This document shows positions 38,384 to 51,061 of a stretch of DNA of 64,000 bases, one piece after another. The DNA is from Octopus sinensis (lineage: Eukaryota). Positions within the stretch are counted from its first letter, which is position 1, and each line of letters starts with the position of its first letter. A model generated the notes under the pieces. The model saw nothing but the letters and a program-made list of their open reading frames with translations, ran no database searches and was not told the origin of the DNA. Location: contig NW_021835987.1 of NCBI RefSeq assembly GCF_006345805.1, forward strand, positions 186,001 through 250,000, written 5' to 3'. Made by a program: the position numbers and the translations under genes.

Positions 38384-39181
38384 TCTATATATATAAAACT
38401 GAGAATATGTGTCTGTCTGTTTGTCTGTCTGTGTGAATCACTAAAACTTGAGAACTACACAACCAATTCCATTCAAATTTTACACATGCCTTACTTAGGG
38501 TCCGAGAAGTGTCATGGGCAAAATGATTTTTACTTCTTGCCTAGGGCGAGCCCACAGTAATATCATATCTTCTCCACTATTTCAGTATTACGTGTTAAAA
38601 GTGAAACAAAAGCATCTCTCTATTGTATGTATATGGATGGCCTGGCCTTGGCTGGCTGGCTTGCTGTCCGGTACTTGGCTGCCTGGCTGGCCCAGCCTTG
38701 GCTTGTTGGCGGGAAACTGGCCTAGGCTGGCTGGCTGGCCCTGTTTTGGATACCTGGCTGGTTCTGGGCTTGGTTTGCTGGCTGGAGACCTGCTTAGGCT
38801 GGCTGGCTGGCTGGCTGGATCGGTTTTGAACACCTGGCTGGTCCTGGGATTGGCTTACTGGCTGACACAAGCATTGTTATTATTATTATTATTTATAGTG
38901 CATTGTTGTGCCATTCAAAACACATTATTATTTACTATATTTTTATAATTTACTTGTTTTAGTCGTTAGACTGAGGCCATGTTGGAGCATATCCTCGAAG
39001 GCTTTAGTTGAACAAATTAATTCCAACACTTGTTATTAAAGTCTGGTACCTATCCTACTGTCTCTGTTGCCAAACTGCAAAATTTGGGGGAGATAAACAA
39101 ACTAATACTGCTCATCTTGCCTGTCAAGCAGTGAGAGGTGGGACACATACATACACAAACACTTATACGCATACGTATATA

Positions 39182-39215
<34 letters not shown>

Positions 39216-39296
39216 AGCAATATCACATCTTTTCCACTATTTCAGTATTACGTGTTAAAAGTGAAAGAAAAGCATCTCTCTATTGTATGTATGTGG

Positions 39297-39355
<59 letters not shown>

Positions 39356-39583
39356 CATATATATATAACTGAGTATGGGTCTGTCTGTCTGTCTGTGTGA
39401 ATCCCTAAAACTTGAGAACTCCACAACCAATTTCATTCAAGATTTACACAATACTTTTAACTTCTAGCCTTGGGCGAGCTCATAGCAATATCATATCTTC
39501 TCCACTATGAATCCCTAAAACTTGAGAACCACACAACCAATTTTATTCAAATTTTACCCGGCGCTGCCGGGTCATAGTGCTAG
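38384..39583 (+). mobile_element. Non-autonomous Helitron-like element
   Basis: 5' A|TCTATATATATAAAA; 3' hairpin CCCGGC-GCT-GCCGGG then CTAG|T; internal duplications and a degenerate (GGCT)n-type tract at 38640-38860. Confidence 0.75.
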
Positions 39584-40391
39584 TGAGTATATAAACACAC
39601 AAATAAGCAGGAGTACCACAGAGAATGTGTCTTAGAATGACCTTTCCATTTTGTGAAAATCTGGTAACTTTTTTTAAAATACCATTTTATATTTATTACT
39701 TGATTGTTATACCAAAACAAACAGATTTATAAATTGTTACGTCAAAAATTTATTGAAAATTTCCAACATGTGCTCCGTCTGTATCCTTGCGAATTTCACA
39801 TCTATCCTTTAGCGGTTATCTCCTGCACTGCTAACTGAATGCTCCCTTTAAGTTCAGCCAAACTATTGCTTCAACTTTTGGATGGAGGTCGAGAAAGTGA
39901 TTTCAGCGAAATCGAATGAAAAGCTGTCTTGGAGAGATAAGCGGATTCCAACAAGAACGAAAGTAAAAGTATGGATAAAAATCGTAAGAATTATAATAGT
40001 ACAAAATTTTAGATTAGATAACTTTATTGTCAATAAACTTTTAATAGGTGTTAAGAATGATAAACATAAATAAAAGTGAGTTTCTAAGTAAATAACACTG
40101 AGTTTTACTGAAATAGTTAATTTGGGGATACTCAGTATGTGCGTGCATGCACACACACATACACACATACACACATACACGCACACACAGTGATGCTGGC
40201 GTTGTTGTGTGATTAAGAAGCTTGCTTTGCAACCATGTGCTTTCGAGTTCAATCCTACTGTGCAGCACCCTGGACAAGAGTTTTCTACTTATAGTCCCGG
40301 GTTTTATCATAAAAGTAATTATTTGCGAGTGAATTTGGTTGACAGAAGACGTGTGGTCACGTCGTCAAAAACAGATCTTTTGATTGGTTAG

Positions 40392-40441
40392 TTAAGGTTT
40401 TAGGCGGATGAAGATGGCCATGGAATCAGCTGTTTCAAAAC
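40392..40441 (-). pseudogene. Copy C exon 5 (terminal, intact)
   Basis: ttgcag|; (G)FETADSMAIFIRLKP*. Confidence 0.88.
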
Positions 40442-40878
40442 CTGCAAAATAATAAAAAAACGACAATAACAACAACAACAATAACAGCAAGATTAACAAG
40501 ACGAATATCAGTAATAACAAATGCAACTTTGGGAATTTCTCTCAGAACTACGCTCCATTGTTCGGATCAATTGGAATGCTCCTCGTCGTAACCGACGGAG
40601 TATCATCAGAAGCTTTAGACATATATTCACTTTTGTACGTGGTTTTAAGGTAAGATGCGTGCTTTCCGACCGCATAAATCCGGGTTCAGTTCCACTGCGT
40701 GGTACGCTGGGTAAGTGTCTTTTACTATAGCCCCGGGCTGATAAACGCCCCGTGTCGGGAATTAGGAGGCGGAAGCAGAAAGAAGCTCTCGTATATATAT
40801 ATATATATATATATATGCATACATACATACATATACATATATGTGTGTGTGTGTGTGTACATATATATATATGTACAC

Positions 40879-40954
<76 letters not shown>

Positions 40955-41045
40955 TATATATATATATATCATATAATGACCGCGTGTGTACCGTTGGCGA
41001 TGTTTTTCCTCTGTCTTCCCTTCTCTGGATCTTTCCTTGTCCTAT

Positions 41046-41080
41046 GTTTCCGACGAAGAGCTCCGCTCGAAACGTTAAAC
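41046..41080 (+). ncRNA. Minimal hammerhead-like motif, CCGACGA (U4C) core, in a ~190-bp element in (TA)n
   Basis: GTTT CCGACGA A GAGC-TCC-GCTC GAAA CG TT AAAC. Confidence 0.55.
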
Positions 41081-41587
41081 CCTTCTTCTTCCCTTCCTTC
41101 CTGAGCGTCCAATAATACTATATTTGTTCCACGTTCTCGCGTTTTTGTGTTTTCATGTTTGGATTAACTTTATATATATATATATATGTACATATATGTG
41201 TGTTGAAAAGATCCTGTCTTGGGATACAAGAAAATACTGGACGATCCCTTAATTATGATTTTATTCAACACATTCCCCCTCAGGTTTACACAATTATTAC
41301 AGTAGTCCTGTAAAAGACTCGGAAGTTTGAATTTCCAGCCAGGCCTTTTGCCAAGAACTCCTCCGTACTAAAAACTCCACACCTACACATGCGTAATATT
41401 GTATCAAATGATGGTTCTCTCTGTTAAGTATTGTGGGACCTATGCTTCACTGAGGAGGTATAATAACACCGAAATATGCCCTGAGTTGTTTCCTGTGTTC
41501 GCCACGCCATCATCATAATAAGGCTTTTAGTACTTACTGCATTAACTTGGCTGTGAGACAAGTTAAAACGGATGACTATAAACATAC

Positions 41588-41748
41588 CGTCATTCCATAC
41601 GATTTTCGAATCTTCACCTGAGTAGATTATTGCAGGAAAATGAGGAAACCGCTCCCACGGACAGTAACTCCCTTCAGCAACAATCAACCAACCACGATCT
41701 ATATCACAACCTCCGTGATTAGATGAAATATAGAAATGACGTATCCAA
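41588..41748 (-). pseudogene. Copy C exon 4 (intact)
   Basis: tttacag|...|gtatgt, 161 nt; (H)WIRHFYISSNHGGCDIDRGWLIVAEGSYCPWERFPHFPAIIYSGEDSKIVWND. Confidence 0.88.
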
Positions 41749-43105
41749 CTGTAAAATGGAGAGAAAAAGACACTGTTATAGTTTTGTGTTTGCGGTCATT
41801 CTCGTTATCAGATGTTGTTATTAAATAGGTTACCTGGCAACTACGTAATTAAGAGGTTCCCAAGTTCGAACCGACATTGTTCGGTGATACATTGAACTAT
41901 CTTCTACTTTACAGTCAATGAAATGTTTGTGAGTGAAGGCCTCGTAGATGTAATCTGTGTGTCGGGCAATTCTAAGAAGGACGGTCCCTATATATATATA
42001 TATGTAGTAGACTTTATTTGTTAGCCAATTTAACACTAACGCCTCACACTTGGGCAAGGGGATGTTAATGGAGATAAATCTGATGCAAATTTCTGGGCCA
42101 GGTTTTATGCGTGGGAATAACTTTTCTCTTCCTCTTTCCCAGCATTTGCAATGGGCCAGGACAAAATCCAGTGTTTTGTCCTTATTCTTCCAACTAAGGA
42201 ATATTTCAAAGTGGTCATCCCTAGTCGAGAAGGATGAATAGTTAAAGGCATTCCCAACATTACTGTCCCCTCTTCGGACTGCATTTCCAATATGAGCTAT
42301 ATTTAAAAACGGTAGGGTGTCATTTCTAGCGATATTTAGTGCTTCTTAGTTTAATGATGAAACTATTATATAGACAGAGGTTCGTAACCACTTTTATAAT
42401 TGCAGATCCGCAAAGAATTACCCAAAATATCCCTATGCACTAATCAGGGGACTGTCAAATTCATCATCATCACCAGTCAATATATGGGTGCATATGTCAT
42501 TCGGTGTTGTTATTAACTAATTTTCGTTTAATCACTGTATAGGTGAGCAGAAACAGAGGAGGAAAGAAAATCATGCAAATTTTGTCATATATGTTCATAA
42601 GTAAATGGATCTCGGTCTGTTTCGAAGATTACTCTGAATATTGATTTACTTGATCAAGTGAAATTCCTGCTCAACGAATTTGTAGCGTGCAATTGCAACC
42701 ACAAACATAGAATCACAAGCTAGACATCATGACCACTACGTCAAGTGCCTCCTTCATTGCTAGACACAAGTGTGAGTGTGTGTGCTTTGTAGTTGGTTGT
42801 TTATTCTCAACCGAAATTCGATGAATTCGATGACATACCATAATAGAATGCAACGAAGTTAATCCTCAGTCGTTGCAGGTGAACATTAATTAATAATATT
42901 AATTCCGCCATTAAACTGGTAATATTTATTGCAACGATAGAAATATAGGCGAAGTGTATATAGTTGATTATATAGACACTGTACTTCACTGGTACATTAT
43001 TCATAGATACGAACAGAGTACAAATTAATGTTAATCACAAAAGGTTTTAGCACAGTATTAAATTACAAATAACTAAAATAAATTAGAGTGATAAAAATTA
43101 CATAC

Positions 43106-43266
43106 TGGTTTCCCATTGAGAAATCAATCACAGGGCTTTGAGGTAAGTCGGACCAAGGAGAGCTTTTCAGGTTTTGAAGAGAGAACCAGCTTTCAAGGGT
43201 TGCATCTCGCCCATCAAACACCACACTAACCACAGCTGTTTGTTCTTTATAAACCACAAGTTTCAC
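43106..43266 (-). pseudogene. Copy C exon 3 (intact, one codon shorter)
   Basis: ttttag|...|gtatgt, 161 nt, phase 0-2; VKLVVYKEQTAVVSVVFDGRDATLESWFSLQNLKSSPWSDLPQSPVIDFSMGN. Confidence 0.88.
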
Positions 43267-43291
43267 CTAAAAAAAATCGTGAAATATTATT

Positions 43292-43830
43292 GAGAGAGCA
43301 GTGCATGCTACCAAAGTGACACTGGGATACGAAGCTCAATATATCAACCAAGACTATTCGTCTGGTACGTGTACACCAGGCACAGGCATCAGAACAATTT
43401 TGGGCATGGCATGGTGATCTCATATCAAGATGAACAGCACATGATCTTGCAGATGGGTCCCAGTTTGAATTTTCTTGAAGTCGAGCTGCACATCCCTCTC
43501 AAAAGTTACCCTGAATAAGTTTTTTTAAAAATGAAGAACGTAACACCCACGCTTTTAGAAGTAAATTATCCAAGTCTCAAAGAATTCCCGTCAACACATG
43601 GCTGTGTTGCTCCCCGACAACTTATGCTCGGGATGAAATATGCGCATATCTTTAGACATTACGGGATATACTCAACTGGTCAACTGGTAATGTTAGACAA
43701 ATGAAAAGGGCAAAATATTTGTTGTAGACCATCTTTTAACATGACAAAACATGGACATGTTAAGACTTCCAATCACTTAAATCAAAAGCCATGAGAACGA
43801 CTGCCTGATAGTGCATCAGGGCATCGGTTC
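43292..43830. mobile_element. Older, diverged copy of the ~550-bp (TAA)n-associated element next to the exon 3 acceptor
   Basis: gagagagcagtgcatgctaccaaagtgacactgg...gtgcatcagggcat; a short remnant sits at the same position in copy A (~15150-15200). Confidence 0.75.
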
Positions 43831-43840
43831 CGAATCAGGA

Positions 43841-43886
<46 letters not shown>

Positions 43887-44021
43887 GTTGTTGTTGTTGT
43901 TGTTGTTATTGTTGTTGTTGTTGTTGTAGTTGTTGTCATTCACTTCTGAAACATATGTTTTCGAATCGCTTCAGGCTGGTGTAACATAAAGCATTTATTT
44001 ACATATGTTTGGTGCTTTCAA

Positions 44022-45139
44022 TACCTAGTTGGTGGAAATCACCTTATTTCGACTGGAAAAATTGATCCAACCAAGCTCTCAATTCTGCATCAGTATTGAA
44101 CGAAACTCCGCGTATAGGATGTGAAAGAGATCGAAAGAGGTGGAAACTCGTTGGTTTCAAATCAGGAGAGTACTGCGGTGTGGCAACACATCCCAACCAT
44201 GCGCTTGAATGGCTTCCTTGCTCATATTGCCGTTGTCATGCAGCAGAAGAACTCTGTGATGCCGATTAGGTCTTTTGTCTTCGATAGCTGATTTGAATCG
44301 TTCCATCTGTTGAACATAGAGCTCCGTGTTGACCGTTATGCTTCCGTTCAAGCAATTCGTAATGGATAATCCCTTCCCAGTCCCAACATACGCACAACAT
44401 CGTTTTACGCAAATGAAGATCTTCTTTCACTCGCGGTGTCTCTTGTTTACCGGGGCTACGCCATTCTTTACGCAGCTTCATATTGATGTACAGGCACCAT
44501 TTTTCGTCCCCACCAACGATTCGGTAAAGAAATCGTTACTTGTGTCCATGAGTTGAGCGGTGACAAGCAAGCAAACCAGCGGAGATTGAGGCTCGTTGAT
44601 TTTTGTCGTTGTCACTTAAAGCATGCGGAACTCATACTCCATACTTCTGAACCTTTCCCATCGAGTGAAGATGGGAGCATTCCATTTTCTCTGCCAGATC
44701 CCTTGTCGTTTGACGAGAATTTTCGTGCAAAAGTTGGTGTAATTGCTCTTCCTCGAACTCAACTGGACGGCTAGGATGAGGTACGTCTTTGAGGCCAAAA
44801 TTTCCATTTTTAAACTTGGCATACCGATCACGAGCGGTTCTTTCAGCTATAGCACCCTCTCCATACACTACACAAATATGGCGAGCAGCTTTTTCGGCCT
44901 CAGAACCTTGATTAAAAACAAAATGGAGGATGTGTCGAAAATTGCTCATCTTTCTTGACTTGACATTCCATTTTAATGACCAAGAAATAAACAAATATTA
45001 ACTAAAATTAACAATATAAAAAAAAACATTCCCAAGTGATTCAAAAATAGAATTCTCGACAAAAATAGATTCCAATATTTAAAGACGCAAAAATTCCAAA
45101 ATTATAAAAAAAAGGCGGCAAATTATTTACCAGCTTAAT
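44022..45139 (-). mobile_element. Decayed mariner element in intron 2 of copy C
   Basis: Frameshifted transposase: GEGAIAERTA, KTMLCVCWDWEG, VLLLHDN, GWDVLPH; boundaries approximate. Confidence 0.85.
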
Positions 45140-45591
45140 ATATATCTATTTAAAAATCATATTAATGCAATAATGTGTATGATGTATGTATTATCCAGCA
45201 TTAAATAGTAATGATTAGTAATAAAAGCTGTTCATTTCAGCGTCTTGTATTAAAATTTATTTAAACACACACACGTATATCTGTGTGTTTGTGCGTGTGT
45301 GTGTGTGTGTGTTTGTTTGTGTGTGAACACAAACAGCGCAAATATATTAAGAACGTTTTTAGATCGCGATGCCAATAAACTTGTGAACATAATAGTTTAT
45401 AGCAATTCAGTACTTCTTAATGTGCCCTGACGTTCTGAGTTTTAATACAGTCAAGGTATACTTTGTCTTTTAAAAATCAATAAAATAAGTAATCTAATAG
45501 ATTCTCACCTCTCACAAAATGGATGACTTTATGCCAACTTAATTCTATGTTTGTGTAAATGAATGTGCATAAAAATCGTTCCTGCACGTAC

Positions 45592-45770
45592 CTCCTCGAT
45601 GGGTAGATCACTCCAGAAATCAAGGATAGGATGTCGGAAGAAGTTAGGACAAACGGTATCGATGCATTTGTCCACATTCCAGGTTGAAGGACTTCCTATA
45701 TTCATGAATGATTCATAGACTTTCGAACCAGCTCCCATTGATATGGCATATGTTTTAATCCATTGGCTGT
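45592..45770 (-). pseudogene. Copy C exon 2 (intact)
   Basis: tttcag|...|gtacgt, 179 nt; SQWIKTYAISMGAGSKVYESFMNIGSPSTWNVDKCIDTVCPNFFRHPILDFWSDLPIEE. Confidence 0.88.
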
Positions 45771-45804
45771 CTGAAATAATAATAATAAAAATAAAAATAA
45801 TAAA

Positions 45805-45923
45805 AAGAAGAAGAAGAAGAAGAAGAAGAAGAAGAAGAAGAAGAAGAAGAAGAAGAAGAAGAAGAAGAAGAAGAAGAAGAAGAAGAAGAAGAAGAAGAAG
45901 AAGAAGAAGAAGAAGAAGAAGAA
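45805..45923. repeat. (AAG)n microsatellite forming most of the 165-nt intron 1 of copy C
   Basis: Direct reading. Confidence 0.95.
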
Positions 45924-46321
45924 CGCTTCACTTACATCTATAAAAGGAAATCTCGTTGCTGTCATTCGTGTTGACGACTGTCATTATATTCTTCGGTGAG
46001 TAATTCTTGCAAACACGACTGACATTGTTGTAAGTGAAGAATTCTGATTGGTTGCTTAGAGCGAGGCCGGCACATTCCAGCAGACTTCGTGTTGAATAGA
46101 ATATTTCCTATGGTGATGACTGAAGGTAACCATAAGAGTAGGCATGAGGCAACGGTTTGTAGATTGTTTCACGTTCCTGATCTGAGCTAACAACCAGAAA
46201 GGTTGCAAGAGTTAACAGAAGCACTGTTATCACAGCAGGATGGGTAACAGGAAACCGGGACATACTTGGCTCTATAATTGCTAGAGGGAGAAAGAAAGAG
46301 AAAAGAAATTATATGAAAGAG

Positions 46322-46360
<39 letters not shown>

Positions 46361-46962
46361 CGGCAAAGTGGCGAAAAGAAATTTAATATATAAAGGAAGA
46401 AGGGGTAAGAGGGTACGAGTGATGATGGGAAACTGTTAGAGAGTAACAGGGAGAAACCTGAAAGAGAAGAGGAAAATAAATTGAGAAAATGGAAAATGTT
46501 GGTGTGAGATTGTTGTGGGGAGGCCCCCAGACGACGAAGTAGGCTAACCCAATACGTAGATTATAGAGGGAGAAGCCTAGACGTCAGCAGCACAGCTGAG
46601 TAGCAATCGAAGAGTAGTAGTAGAAGAGAGCAGAGGAGAGTTGTGTAGAAGGCATCCGAACGTGCGGCATAACAGAGATGCAGAAAGTGTGCATAAGAAA
46701 ACGGAATAGAAATAAATTACAATTTAGAATAGAAAAATTCAAATAAATTAGGGTTATTAGTAATAACGCAGGTCCTGGGTACGATTTTAAACTGCTTCCA
46801 GTAGTGAACCCTGGTTGGGGATTTCTAGGGTTTTAATGAGTTTGGAATCACTCCTTAGCCACTGATGTTCCTCTGTCTACTCTCATCCAGAATCGAAGTA
46901 ATCATCAGGATTCAAATAATGGGTTAATTAGCAATTACGTCGATCATATGCAGCTCATTACC
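45900..46962. repeat. ~1.05-kb inverted repeat arm (partner 50378-51420) placing copies C and D head to head
   Basis: Reverse-complement match from upstream sequence (taatgagctgcatatgatcgacg) through exon 1 into the start of intron 1. Confidence 0.92.
45936..46263 (-). pseudogene. Copy C exon 1 with in-frame TAG at codon 52 (46108-46110)
   Basis: ATG at 46263; ...CAG TCA TCA CCA TAG GAA ATA...; AGAT|GTAAGT; 328 nt. It is the only lesion found in an otherwise complete 879-nt, 5-exon frame. Confidence 0.88.
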
Positions 46963-47039
46963 CTAGTATTCGTGGTGGTAGTGCGGCAACCCTTCTACAT
47001 GGGAAAATGTTCGGGTGTGAACAGTGAGGAAATATCGGG

Positions 47040-47440
47040 GACCAGATCCTCCAAGGCCGTTCGACTTTGTCTAAAACTTCACAGTTGCAAAACCTGCGAC
47101 GACGCTGATAAATTGTAACGTTCCTTGCGGTTCCTTAGAAGCTATTAATAAGGTTGAAATGAAGGACGCATTACATGGGCAACAGCTTATCCTCCATACC
47201 ACACTGCTTAGGCTTAGGCCGTATCGAACACACTGTACTAGTGAGAGAGAACCAGTCAAAGCCCCAGAGAGGAAGGACATTTCATTGCAGCTGAGACGTC
47301 ACAAAGCAGCCTACAAGTGCGGCTTATGTAGCAGAGACTGCCATTTGCCCATAGGATTATTCAGACACAAACAACGATGTTCCGATAGGGCGGGAAGTGA
47401 CGGCCTTCATCCATGGCCATTAGTGAGAGACTGAGGTGCA
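47040..47440 (+). mobile_element. RTE-like LINE 3' remnant
   Basis: YKCGLCSRDCHLPIGLFRHKQRC matches the C-terminal CxxCxRxCxSxIGLxxHxRxC motif of RTE-clade ORF2. Confidence 0.6.
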
Positions 47441-48701
47441 GCGAAAACGGATACTTTTTAACAAAATTACGTACATATACCACTTATTTGCTTCAGAGTA
47501 TATAGGGATTTATGGGAACGAATTTTCCTGAGGGGCGGAGAGAGGAGTTTGAGAAAGTTCACGCGATCTGACATTATTCTCACAAAAACTTCCATGAAAT
47601 GGGTATATTTCAATGAAAGTTTATGCAAATATCTCTGAAACAGCATAGATTACAATTATGAAGTAATGTGTGGGGAAAATGTTTCCGAAGTCGGGGCGAG
47701 AGGAGTTTCGGTTTAGGAAGACCAAATATGTTAGGACTCCTCTGTTTTGAAGGGGATTTCTCCTCTATTTCAAGCCACAGATTTCCAAATGATGGGTTGG
47801 AGTGAGGAGCGTTTTTGTATGACAAAAAGGTTGAAAATCCCCCCGCCCCCATAATCCCATCCGATCTTATTTTGGCCAATTCTTGTCTCACTTCAAATCC
47901 ATGGTTTTCGGTAAAAAAAAAAGAAATTGATAATATTTTTGAAAGGAAAAGTGAGTGATTTAAGGGAGATTATTTGGCTGTTGTTTCTAGCACATCCCAA
48001 GACAATCCTATCAATAACTACCGCATCTATATGCTAAAGAAGAGAAAATTTGAAAACTTATGAATTTTTTGCAACCCCACTCCTCGCTCTCGGTGGTTTC
48101 TGCATATAAATTAAAATATTGGAAAGCCTGAGATCGAAATTATAGGAAATACCTTAAAACATAAATTTATAAAAATATTTCCAGACGGTCAAAGCTTTAA
48201 TAATCGCTTTCTTTTAGTGTTTTTAGTCACTGTTATATACTTAATTAATAAACAGCTTCCCCCATTATAATATAGATACCAGTATTTCTCCACTGAAGTG
48301 AAAATGCACCAAGCTTTTCAATACGTCTTGTTTGATTGCTGTGAAGAAGAAAGTCCTTGAATAGCGACATGCACTTCACTAAACATAATTGCGCTTCACT
48401 AAACATACTGAAAAATACGATTCTATAATCATTAAAGTCGTTCTGATCTTTATGTTGTTGCTGGAGAACACACTGGATTTTAATCAGCGATAGTTGGCAA
48501 AACAAAAGAAATAATATTGGAGTCGCTGACACGCTCCAACCTGCTGTTGCCCGGTATCCTAAGGGCTAAGTATGGTCATCTGAAATCTGTGCGATACTTG
48601 AGGGAAATATACTAATATTATAATATATTTTGTGCATTAAATTATATCAAAAACCTCTGATTTTAACAATTTGTTTAACTTAGAATCAATTCTTTATAAA
48701 A

Positions 48702-49210
48702 CACTGGTCAACAAAATAAACTTTTTTGAATCATCGGAGTTGTTGATTGATTTTTCTGGGTTAATTTTTGATGCTGATTACGAATCCGAAGTCCGATTTC
48801 CTCTATCAGGTCACACTTTCATGTTAATGATACCTGCTGTTTTAACTTATAGGATACGTGAAGGATGTCTATATATAATGTATATTGAATGCAAGATACG
48901 ATAATTTCATGACTTTGTAATGTACAAAATTAAGATTATTCTGCACAAATAAGTTAGAATACACTCAAATGCACAACAACTTAAAATCTTTGGGATTTAG
49001 ACTTTCTATGGTGTTCTGTCTCAGGTGCATCCCTGTACAACATCTAACAGTAGTCAGCTCATATTCCTGCATTCCAAAATCCTTAATATCGTTGTTCCAT
49101 TGATGGGATATCTTGATGAAATCGTTCGCCTTATTCATCAGACACTGCTCTAAGGTTCTCTGCAAAAAAGTCCAGATGTGAATCAACGAAATGGACTTTT
49201 AGTGCTGGGA
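48702..49210 (-). mobile_element. Chapaev3/CMC-like DNA transposon 3' part with terminus
   Basis: HLDFF(A)ENL..DEQGERFHQDIPSMEQRY-type coding remnant; terminal CACTGGTCAACAAA at 48702. Confidence 0.6.
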
Positions 49211-50283
49211 TGTATACCGTCATAGTTAAGAGCAGAACAGCAACATAGAGCTTCTAACACAGAAGAATGTAACGAAATAAAAACTTACCTTTGTTACTGA
49301 TGAGGCTAACAATTATTTTTGGAAACATTAACGACTGTCGACTGTTGTCGGTTCTATCAACTGATGCCACTAAACTACCGATGAATGTGTACAAATGTCT
49401 GAATTGTTCACTTTACAAATGACTTCAACAATCCTCTAAACTTCACAGCTATGCCAACCGTCCACTTCCGTCACTATTGTTCACTTGAGATCAGTCTAGT
49501 GAAAACATTTCTAACCTGAGTCGAAACCAAATTCGATTGATAGCAAGCCTTACTTCATTAGATATACTTAAATGATTCAATATGTTTATTTACATATGTT
49601 TTTATACAAACACACATGTATATACATGAACAGGACATGAAGAAGAACAAGAAAGGGGAAATATTCGAAACTATATTCGATCGATAGCAAGCCATACTTC
49701 ATTAAATATACTTCATAGACTTCCGGTTTTTTCATCAGGATCTTTACAATGTGTAGGTTTGAATATTGCTGTTGGTGGTGGTGGGGCGTTGGTTGTAGTA
49801 GTGGAGCTTTTAATGGGGCCTTGATAGGGATGTTGTATTTGTAGTGATGATTGGATGATTTAAGGATATGATTTTTGCAAGGATGGTATTGGTGGTGCTG
49901 GTGTTGGTGGTGGTGGGTAGAGACAGTGATTTGTTGTACAGCGGTGATATGACAGTGGTTGTAAGGTGTTGGTTGTGGTGTTGGTGTTTGTGGTGAGATG
50001 TTGTAGGAAGGCAGAAGTAGCGCTGGTTATAGTGGTTGTGATGGTGGTAGTGGTAGTTATGTCAATGTTGCAGTTATTGTTTTGACTGTTGTTATGAGAG
50101 TGGCGGTGGTAGTGGTGGTGATATCAATGTTGAGGTTGTTGTTGGGACATGTTTTAGCTGTATAGGTGATAGTTGGTGATGGTAGCGTGGCTAATCCACT
50201 TAGCAAATACGGGAAGAAAAAGGCAGATCTTGTGACCCCCAACCTTTAAAACTCTAGCTGTAACTGCTAGAAACACATAGATA
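48860..50283. repeat. Direct duplicate of 34320-35745 (upstream region of copy B)
   Basis: Continuous high-identity match, including the pseudo-exon and ACC/GGT-rich tract. Confidence 0.9.
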
Positions 50284-51061
50284 AAAAGTTTACTCTGAAT
50301 ATTGATTTACTTGATCAAGTGAAATTCCTGCTGAAGCATGGTATTGGTGGTGCTGGTGTTGGTGGTGGTGGTGGTGGGTAATGAGCTCCATATGATCGAC
50401 GTAATTGCAAATTAACCCATTATTTGAATCCTGATGATTACTTCGATTCTGGATGAGAGTAGACAGAGGAACATCAGTGGCTAAGGAGTGATTCCAAACT
50501 CATTAAAACCCTAGAAATCCCCAACCAGGGTTCACTACTGGAAGCAGTTTAAAATCGTACCCAGGACTTGCGTTATTACTAATAACCCTAATTTATTTGA
50601 AGTTTTCTATTCTAAATTGTAATTTATTTCTATTCCGTTTTCTTATGCACACTTTCTGCATCTCTGTTATGCCGCACGTTCGGATGCCTTCTACACAACT
50701 CTCCTCTGCTCTCTTCTACTACTACTCTTCGATTGCTACTCAGCTGTGCTGCTGACGTCTAGGCTTCTCCCTCTATAATCTACGTATTGGGCTAGCGTAC
50801 TTCGTCGTCTGGGGGGTCCCCACAACAATCTCACACCAACATTTTCCATTTTCTTAATTTATTTTCCTCTTCTCTTTCAGGATTTCTCCCTGTTACTCTC
50901 TAACAGTTTCCCATCATCACTCGTACCCACTTACCCCTTCTTCCTTTATATATTATATTTCTTTCCGCCACATAGCCGAATCTCTCTCTCTCTCTCTCTC
51001 ATTCTCTTTCTTATAATTTCTTTTCTCTTTCTTTCTCCCTCTAGCAATTATAGAGCCAAGT

